A stretch of DNA of 64,000 nt from Dehalococcoidia bacterium (lineage in GTDB: Bacteria; Chloroflexota; Dehalococcoidia; UBA2979), in contig OZ253555.1 in NCBI GenBank assembly GCA_965262725.1, forward strand, positions 1,696,001 to 1,760,000, read 5' to 3'. Positions 57,841 through 64,000 of the stretch are shown piece after piece. The notes under the pieces were generated by a model. It was not told where the DNA came from and did no database searches. It saw nothing but the letters and a program-made list of their open reading frames with translations. The position numbers and the translations under genes were made by a program. How positions within the stretch are numbered: the stretch's first letter is position 1; every line of letters begins with the position of its first letter.

Positions 57841-58469
57841 CCCTCCTCCTCGTCAGGCACGCCCAGTCCGCCGGCAACGCCGCCGGCACCATCCAGGGCT
57901 GGCGCGACGAGCCGCTGACTGCCCTCGGCCGCGATCAGGCTTCGACGCTCGCGGAGCGTCTGAGCGTCCGCGAGCCCAGGATCACCGCGCTGTACAGCAG
58001 CACGCTCACGCGCGCACGTGAGACCGCCGCGCCTCTCGCCGCGGCGCTCGGCGTGCCCGTCGTCCTGCACCCGGACCTCAGGGAGTACGGCTATGGATCC
58101 GCCGAAGGGCTCAGGTGGGCCGAGGTCGAGGAGCGCTTCGGCGTCACCCTCGGGCAGTGGGGGAGGGGCACGCTCCCCGGCGAAGAGGGCGCGGGGGCCT
58201 TCACGGGTCGCGTCCTCCGCTGCTTCGCGGAGCTCACGGAGAGGCACGGGCACGAGGTCGCGGCTGCCGTGACGCATGGAGGCGTGATCGCAGCCGTCCT
58301 CGCGCACGTGCTGGGCATTCCGAGCGGCGCCTGGCCGCAGATCCATCTCCCGAACGGCTCCCTCACCGAGGTGGCCTCGGAGCGCGACGGGCACGCGCTT
58401 GTCTCACTCAACGACGATGGCGATCTTGCCGGGCTCCCCGGGGCGACGGGCGGTCCCGCCTCCGCCTAG
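57837..58469 (+). CDS. Histidine phosphatase (phosphoglycerate mutase-like) family protein
   Basis: LVRHAQS, SSTLTRARETA, LRE and VTHGG. Confidence 0.9.
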   Translation: MTLLLVRHAQSAGNAAGTIQGWRDEPLTALGRDQASTLAERLSVREPRITALYSSTLTRARETAAPLAAALGVPVVLHPDLREYGYGSAEGLRWAEVEERFGVTLGQWGRGTLPGEEGAGAFTGRVLRCFAELTERHGHEVAAAVTHGGVIAAVLAHVLGIPSGAWPQIHLPNGSLTEVASERDGHALVSLNDDGDLAGLPGATGGPASA

Positions 58470-60844
58470 AGCGTGATGAGGTGGGCGACCGTGACTCCCT
58501 CCCCGCCCTCGGCGGGCTCGGCGACTTCCTGCGATGCGACGAGCGGGTGACCGGCGAGCAGATCGCGCACCGCCCGGCGGAGCGTCCCCGTCCCCTTCCC
58601 GTGGATCACGAGTACGCGGCTGCGGCCGGCGCGGACGGCACGGTCGAGATACTCCTCGACGGTGGGAAGCGCGTCGTCGAGCGTGCGGCCGCGCACCTCT
58701 ATCGACTCGCCGGGATCGGTGACGGGCCCCGTGCGGAGCCGTACGGGCTCGGCCTCTGGCCCGCCGGGCGCCTCCGCGCGAACGACCTGCGCGAGCCGCA
58801 CGCGCGTCCTGAGCGCGCCCAGTGTCAGCTCGAACTCACCGCGCGCGTCCGGCGCGCTCAATGCCTCGCCGGGCACGCTGATCCCCGTGAGCCAGACGCG
58901 TGCGCCCGGCACGACGGGCGCGCGCGGCCGTCGCTCCGCCGCGGGCGGCGGACGCTCGGGCGGGGAGCGCCTGACGGCGCGGGCGGCCTCGCGCGCGCGC
59001 GCCATGTCGGCGTCCGCCTGCTCGAGGCGCGCCGCCTCGACCTGCCGCCTCGTCCGCGCGAGCAGGCGCTCAGTGTCGCGCAACTCGTCGTCGAGGCGGC
59101 GTTGCGCCTCCGCGCGCCGCCGCTCGCTCTCCGCCTCGAGATCCTCGTAGCGCGCCGCCAGCTCGGTACGCAGGCGCTCCGCCTCGGCGCGGTCGTGCTC
59201 CGCCTGCCCCGCGCGCGACTCGGCACGGTCGAGTTGCACCCGGAGGTCGGTGAGCACGCTCGCCAGATCCCGCTCGTCGCCGGACACCACGCCGCGCGCG
59301 GCCGCCACGACGTCGGCCGGCATCCCCAGGCGCTCGCTGATGGCCAGCGCGTTCGACTCGCCGGGGATGCCCATCCGCAGCCGGTAGGTCGGCGAGAGCG
59401 TCTCGATGTCGAACTCGGCAGAGGCGTTGAGCAGGAGGGGATGCTCATGCGCGTGCACCTTCAGCTCCCCGTGGTGCGTGGTGGCGATGAGCGTGACCCC
59501 GGCTGCGACCAGGCGCTCCACGATCGCCACAGCGAGCACGGCCCCCTCCGCCGGATCGGTCCCGGCGCCGAGCTCGTCGAGCAGCGCGAGCGAACGCGGA
59601 CCGGCGCGCTCGATCACGTTGATGATCGCCGTCACGTGCGAGGAGAACGTCGAGAGGGACTGCTCGATCGATTGCTCATCGCCGATGTCGGCGAATACCG
59701 CGTCGTAGACGGGGACGGTGGAGCCCTTCTCGGCAGGGATCGGCAGGCCGCAGAGCGCCATCAGCGTGATCAGGCCGGCGCTCTTGAGTGCGACCGTCTT
59801 TCCGCCGGTGTTTGGCCCCGTGATCAGCAGTCCCCGCCCTTCGCCGCCGACGGCGAGTGAGACCGGCACAACGTCGCGGCCCTCCCACACGAGCACGGGG
59901 TGCCGCGCGTCGAGGAGGCGGAGCTCTCCCGGCGCCGTGAGCAGCCACGGCTGCTCGGCTCCGGGACCGGCCGGAAGGCCTGCTCCGAGTTCGCGCCCGA
60001 GCGCCGCCGCGGCGACGGCGCAGTCGATCGTCGCGAGCCGCTCGACGCTCTCGGTGAGATCGGCCGAGGACTCGCCGACCACGGCGGAGAGCTCGCGCAG
60101 GACGCGCTCCACCTCGCGCCGTTCCTGCACCTGGAGCTCGCGCCAGCGATTGCCGAGTTCGACGACGGCGAAGGGTTCGACATAAACCGTGCGGCCCGAC
60201 GACGAGGTGTCGTGCACGACGCCAGGGAGCGCCGACCGCGCCTCGGAGCGGACGGGAACGACATAGCGGCCCTCGCGCTGCGTGACGATCGCATCGGAGA
60301 GCGCGGGCCGGAGCGTCGGTGAGGAGGCGATCGACTGCATGCGCGCGAGCAGCGCGTCGTGCGTCACCGCCAGCTCCGCCCGGATCTGGGAGAGCTCGGC
60401 GCTCGCGCCGTCGAGCAACTCCCCGCGCGTATTGATCGCCCCGTCGATCAACCGTCTGAGGGCGTCGAGATCGGGGAGCGCGGCTCCCTCGGCGGCGAGC
60501 AGCGGCGCGCCGTCCCGGGCCCGCCCCAGCGCGCGTCGCACATCTGCGGCGCAGCGCACGGTGTTGGCCACCTCGCGGAGGGCGAGCGGAGCGAGCGCGC
60601 GGCCGCGCGCGGCGGCGTCGGCCGACGCCCGCACGTCGCGGACGCCCTCAAGCGCGAGTGACACGGAGACGCCGTGGAGCCAGGCCGCCTCGGCCGCGAC
60701 GCGCTGCCGACGCACCACGACGGGGCGCTCCGCGACGGGGCGCATCGCCCGCGCGCGTTCGCGGCCGGCGGAGGAGGCGGTGAGCCGCGCGAGACGGTCG
60801 AGGACCGCCGGCAGCTCGAGGATGCGGCACGTCTTATCGTCCAG
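58466..60844 (-). CDS. mutS2: MutS2 endonuclease (Smr domain); probable CTG start at 60844
   Basis: ITGPNTGGKT, DIGDEQSIEQSLSTFSSH, LDELGAGTDP and IHGKGTG; the frame extends to (M)DDKTCRILELPAVL after GGGGAG. Confidence 0.93.
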   Translation of the reverse strand: MDDKTCRILELPAVLDRLARLTASSAGRERARAMRPVAERPVVVRRQRVAAEAAWLHGVSVSLALEGVRDVRASADAAARGRALAPLALREVANTVRCAADVRRALGRARDGAPLLAAEGAALPDLDALRRLIDGAINTRGELLDGASAELSQIRAELAVTHDALLARMQSIASSPTLRPALSDAIVTQREGRYVVPVRSEARSALPGVVHDTSSSGRTVYVEPFAVVELGNRWRELQVQERREVERVLRELSAVVGESSADLTESVERLATIDCAVAAAALGRELGAGLPAGPGAEQPWLLTAPGELRLLDARHPVLVWEGRDVVPVSLAVGGEGRGLLITGPNTGGKTVALKSAGLITLMALCGLPIPAEKGSTVPVYDAVFADIGDEQSIEQSLSTFSSHVTAIINVIERAGPRSLALLDELGAGTDPAEGAVLAVAIVERLVAAGVTLIATTHHGELKVHAHEHPLLLNASAEFDIETLSPTYRLRMGIPGESNALAISERLGMPADVVAAARGVVSGDERDLASVLTDLRVQLDRAESRAGQAEHDRAEAERLRTELAARYEDLEAESERRRAEAQRRLDDELRDTERLLARTRRQVEAARLEQADADMARAREAARAVRRSPPERPPPAAERRPRAPVVPGARVWLTGISVPGEALSAPDARGEFELTLGALRTRVRLAQVVRAEAPGGPEAEPVRLRTGPVTDPGESIEVRGRTLDDALPTVEEYLDRAVRAGRSRVLVIHGKGTGTLRRAVRDLLAGHPLVASQEVAEPAEGGEGVTVAHLITL

Positions 60845-62258
60845 CGCGACTCTCCCCCGGCAGGCGGTCGCCGGCCGCGTCGCGCCCTAGCCCGCAGGCC
60901 TCGCCGATGGCCGCCGCCACCGCGTCGTCGTCCGCCGGGTCGACTGTGCGAGGGTCGAGCAGCACGCGCCCGTCTTCGATGCGGGCGATCACCGGCGGCT
61001 CGTGGGCGCGCAGCCTGCGCGCCAGTTCGTCCGCGCCGCCTCGCTTCGCTCCCTGCGGCGGATCGAGCGCGCAGAGAACCGTCGGTACCGACTCCTCCGG
61101 GAGCGAGCCGCCCCCGATCATCGAGCGTCCTCCGATCACCGTCGCGTCGCGCCCGGCTGCGAGCGCCCAGCGCCGTGCGCGCGCCTCGATCTCCTCGACC
61201 GAGCGGGCGAGCAGGCGCCAGATTGGGACGGCGCTTTCCGCCTCGCCCCGCGCGTAGTGGGCGAGTGTGGCGGCGAGCCCGGCGAGCGAGGCCTTGTCGA
61301 TGCGGAGCGCGCGGGCGAGCGGGTGGCGTCGGAGCTCTACGATCGACTCGGCTCGGCCGACGGCGATCCCGGCCTGGGGCCCGCCGACGAGCTTGTCGCC
61401 GGAGAAGAGCACCACGTCCGCTCCGGCGGAAACCGAGCGCTGCACCGTCGGCTCCGGGGCGAGCCCGAATCGCCTCGTGTCGAGAAGCGAGCCCGATCCG
61501 AGATCGTCGATGAGCAGCAGCCCGCGCTCGCGCGCGAGCTCCGCGAGGGCGGGAAGCGACGGCTGCTCCGTGAAGCCGACGACGCGGAAGTTGGAGGAGT
61601 GCACGCGCAGGATTGCGGCCGTCTGCTCGGTGATCGCCGAGGCGTAGTCCCCGGCGTAGGTGCGGTTCGTGGTGCCGACCTCGACCAGCGTCGCGCCGGA
61701 CTGGCGCAGCACGTCGGGGATGCGGAAGCCGCCGCCGATCTCGATCAGCTCCCCGCGGGAGATGATGACCTCGCGGCCTGAGGCGAGGGCGGCGAGGGCG
61801 AGCAGGACGGCGCCGGCGTTGTTGTTCACGACGACGCCGTCCTCGGCGCCCGTCACGCGCCTGAGCAGCCCGCCCAGGTGCGCCCCGCGCGATCCGCGCC
61901 CGCCGGCCTCGAGGTCGAACTCGAGCGTCGAGTAGCCACGTCCGATCTCGGCCATCGCCTCGACGCTCTCCTCGGAGAGCGGCGCGCGCCCGAGGTTGGT
62001 GTGCAGGACGACGCCGGTCGCGTTGATGACCGCCCGCAGCGTTGGCTCGAGGACCGCGGTGCGCGCGATCAGCGCGTCGACCGCATCGGTGTCCGGTGCC
62101 CGCCCCTCCCGCGCGATGCGCGCGCGGTACTCGTCGAGCACGCTGCGGGCGATCTCCACCACGGCGTCGCGCCCGTGCCGCGCGGCGATCGGGCGCACCC
62201 GCTCGTCCGAGAGCAGATGCTCGACGGAGGGGAGCTCGCGGTAGTGGTTGTGACCCAT
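60834..62258 (-). CDS. selA: L-seryl-tRNA(Sec) selenium transferase
   Basis: VINATGVVLHTNLGRAP, VNNNA, SRGELIEIGGGFRIP, EVGTTNRT and FSGDKL. Confidence 0.97.
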   Translation of the reverse strand: MGHNHYRELPSVEHLLSDERVRPIAARHGRDAVVEIARSVLDEYRARIAREGRAPDTDAVDALIARTAVLEPTLRAVINATGVVLHTNLGRAPLSEESVEAMAEIGRGYSTLEFDLEAGGRGSRGAHLGGLLRRVTGAEDGVVVNNNAGAVLLALAALASGREVIISRGELIEIGGGFRIPDVLRQSGATLVEVGTTNRTYAGDYASAITEQTAAILRVHSSNFRVVGFTEQPSLPALAELARERGLLLIDDLGSGSLLDTRRFGLAPEPTVQRSVSAGADVVLFSGDKLVGGPQAGIAVGRAESIVELRRHPLARALRIDKASLAGLAATLAHYARGEAESAVPIWRLLARSVEEIEARARRWALAAGRDATVIGGRSMIGGGSLPEESVPTVLCALDPPQGAKRGGADELARRLRAHEPPVIARIEDGRVLLDPRTVDPADDDAVAAAIGEACGLGRDAAGDRLPGESRAGR

Positions 62259-62354
62259 GCCCGGGCATTGTAGGCGGCGCCGGGGGCCCCGCGCGCCCGG
62301 CGCCCCGCGGGGGCTCGGGGCGATCCTTGCCTCTGGTCGACGTGGCGGCCGCGA

Positions 62355-62383
62355 TTGATCGTCGGGGGGGCCACCCGTACGAT
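62355..62383 (+). promoter_or_regulatory. Sigma70-like promoter for the aminotransferase-serA operon
   Basis: TTGATC-N17-TACGAT. Confidence 0.5.
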
Positions 62384-62452
62384 CCCGCAGCCCGACGGCC
62401 CCGGGATCGCCTCGTGGATTCCGCCGGTCGCTCCCCGCTGAGGAGTGCCCTT

Positions 62453-63556
62453 GTGAACCTGCGTATCCCTGGTCCGACGCCGCTGCCGCGGGAGGTGGCG
62501 GAGGCGGGTGCCCGCGAGATGATCAACCATCGCGGGCCCGAGTTCGCGAGCCTGATCGCCCGCACCACCGAGGGCGTGCGCCGCGTCTACGGGACAGAGA
62601 ACGACGTCCTGACGCTCTCCGCCTCCGGCACGGGCGGGATGGAGGCCGCCGTCGCCAACCACGTCTCGCCGGGTGAGCGCGTCCTGGTGGTGACGATCGG
62701 CGTCTTCGGTAACCGCTTCGCCGACATCGTCAGCGCCTACGGAGGTATCCCGCAGGTCATCGAGTACGAGCACGGCACGGCCGCCGATCCCAACCAGGTA
62801 GACCAGGTGCTGGCCTCCGATCCATCGATTCGCACCGTCTTGATCACGCACAACGAGACCTCCACGGGAGCGACCAACGTCGCGCTGCCTGAGATCGCCA
62901 AGGCCGTCCGTCACCACGACCGCCTGCTCCTCGTCGACGCCATCTCCTCGCTCTCGTCGATTCCGGTCGACGTCGACGGGTGGGGGCTCGATGTGGTCGT
63001 CTCCGGGTCGCAGAAGGGATGGATGATGGGACCGGGCCTTGCCTTCATCTCCGTCTCCGAGCGGGCCTGGGAACAGCAGGAGCGGTGCACGGCGCCGCGC
63101 TTCTACTTCGACCTGCGGCGCGCGCGGAGCAGCCTCGAGGCGGGCCAGACACCGTGGACGCCGGCGATAAACCTGCTCTTTCAGCTCGACCGCGCCCTGG
63201 AGCTGATGTTTGCGGAGGGCATCGATGCCATCTACGGGCGCCACCGCCGACTCGCGCGGATGACCCGCGACGGCGTGCGCGCACTGGGTCTTGAGTTGCT
63301 GCCGGCCGAGGGAGTCGAGTCGGACACGGTCACGGCGATCCGGGTTCCGGATGGCATCGAGGCGTCGGAGCTCCTCCGCGTCGCGCGCGAGGAGTACCAG
63401 ACCGTCTTCGCCGGGGGGCAGGGTTCGCTCAGTGGGAAGATCGTCCGCTTTGGACACCTCGGCTACGTGACGGAGGAGGACGTGAGCTCCGGCCTGGACG
63501 CACTCGCGCGGACGCTGCGCGCACTCGGGTTCGCGGGCGCGCGCGCGGCCGTCTAG
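62453..63556 (+). CDS. Class V PLP aminotransferase (alanine-glyoxylate/phosphoserine aminotransferase-like)
   Basis: IPGPTP, SGTGGME, HNETSTG, VDAISS and SGSQKG; adjacent to serA. Confidence 0.92.
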   Translation: MNLRIPGPTPLPREVAEAGAREMINHRGPEFASLIARTTEGVRRVYGTENDVLTLSASGTGGMEAAVANHVSPGERVLVVTIGVFGNRFADIVSAYGGIPQVIEYEHGTAADPNQVDQVLASDPSIRTVLITHNETSTGATNVALPEIAKAVRHHDRLLLVDAISSLSSIPVDVDGWGLDVVVSGSQKGWMMGPGLAFISVSERAWEQQERCTAPRFYFDLRRARSSLEAGQTPWTPAINLLFQLDRALELMFAEGIDAIYGRHRRLARMTRDGVRALGLELLPAEGVESDTVTAIRVPDGIEASELLRVAREEYQTVFAGGQGSLSGKIVRFGHLGYVTEEDVSSGLDALARTLRALGFAGARAAV

Positions 63557-63567
63557 AGCGCCGATCC

Positions 63568-64000
63568 ATGGCGCGCATCCTCGTCGCCGACCGCATCGCC
63601 GCCTCGGGCATCGACCTCCTGCGCCGGGCGCACGAGGTGGAGATCCGTACCGGCCTCTCCGAGGCGGAGCTCGGCAAGGCGCTGGTGGGCGTGTCGGCCC
63701 TGATCGTGCGCAGCCAGACACGCGTGACCCGGGCGTCGCTCGCAGACGCCCGCGACCTCCGGGTCATCGCCCGCGCGGGGGTCGGCGTCGACAACATCGA
63801 CATGGAGGCGGCGACCGAGCGCGGGATCACCGTCGTCAACGCGCCGCTCGCGAACACCATCTCCGCGGCCGAGCATGCCTTCGGCCTGATGCTGGCGGTC
63901 GCGCGCAACATCCCGCAGGGCGACGCGAGCCTGCGCGGCGGCACCTGGGAGCGCGGTCGCCTGCAGGGCGTCGAGCTCGCGGGGCGCACGCTCGGCATCA
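63568..64000 (+). CDS. serA: D-3-phosphoglycerate dehydrogenase (partial, runs off the window)
   Basis: MARILVADRI...LIVRSQT...RAGVGVDNID...NTISAAEH...GVELAGRTLGI. Confidence 0.92.
   Translation, partial: MARILVADRIAASGIDLLRRAHEVEIRTGLSEAELGKALVGVSALIVRSQTRVTRASLADARDLRVIARAGVGVDNIDMEAATERGITVVNAPLANTISAAEHAFGLMLAVARNIPQGDASLRGGTWERGRLQGVELAGRTLGI

Noticed and set aside
60834-62258. Selenoprotein (UGA read-through) genes, tRNA-Sec or selB near selA
   Set aside because: No in-frame TGA aligned to a conserved Cys and no selB/selC recognised in this window.
62384-62452. Riboswitch in the aminotransferase-serA leader
   Set aside because: Short GC-rich leader without a recognisable aptamer; an Rfam scan would be needed.
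365-63998. Many long overlapping Arg/Ala/Gly/Pro-rich ORFs (e.g. 27395-29413, 28770-30992, 31981-34413, 58115-59860, 60448-62568)
   Set aside because: Antisense or off-frame shadows of recognisable genes, expected at this GC content.
1-64000. CRISPR array or cas genes
   Set aside because: No repeat-spacer array seen; the short repeats found belong to IS21 ends or the att-like arrays.

Overview
Very GC-rich bacterial DNA. Gene content and style suggest Chloroflexota/Dehalococcoidia-like, but this is inference only. Bases 1-23048 form a decayed genomic island next to the 3' end of tRNA-Gly(TCC), with a tyrosine integrase. The island carries relics of a conjugative element (Replic_Relax and SF2 helicase fragments) and candidate defence genes: a MORC/GHKL ATPase-nuclease, a C5 methyltransferase, a truncated HhH-GPD glycosylase, and HEPN, NucS-like and GIY-YIG genes. 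It also holds a triple nest of IS21 inside IS1111 inside IS3, an IS256 and other IS relics. Bases 23125-64000 are mostly core or accessory metabolism: an intact IS110, two Rieske-fusion enzymes, udgB, TreT-like glycosyltransferase, ligD-ku, a cluster of ABM-fold genes with a nitrilase and a MetE-like gene, an IS5, an osmoprotectant ABC transporter, HIT, tRNA-Ile2(CAT), mutS2, selA and a class V aminotransferase followed by serA. The clearest signal is that both IS110-family elements have non-coding ends whose internal loops match their own target and donor junction sequences, i.e. readable bridge/seek RNAs. One of them appears programmed against the orfA of an IS3 element. All family calls are from motif recognition by eye; no database search was run.
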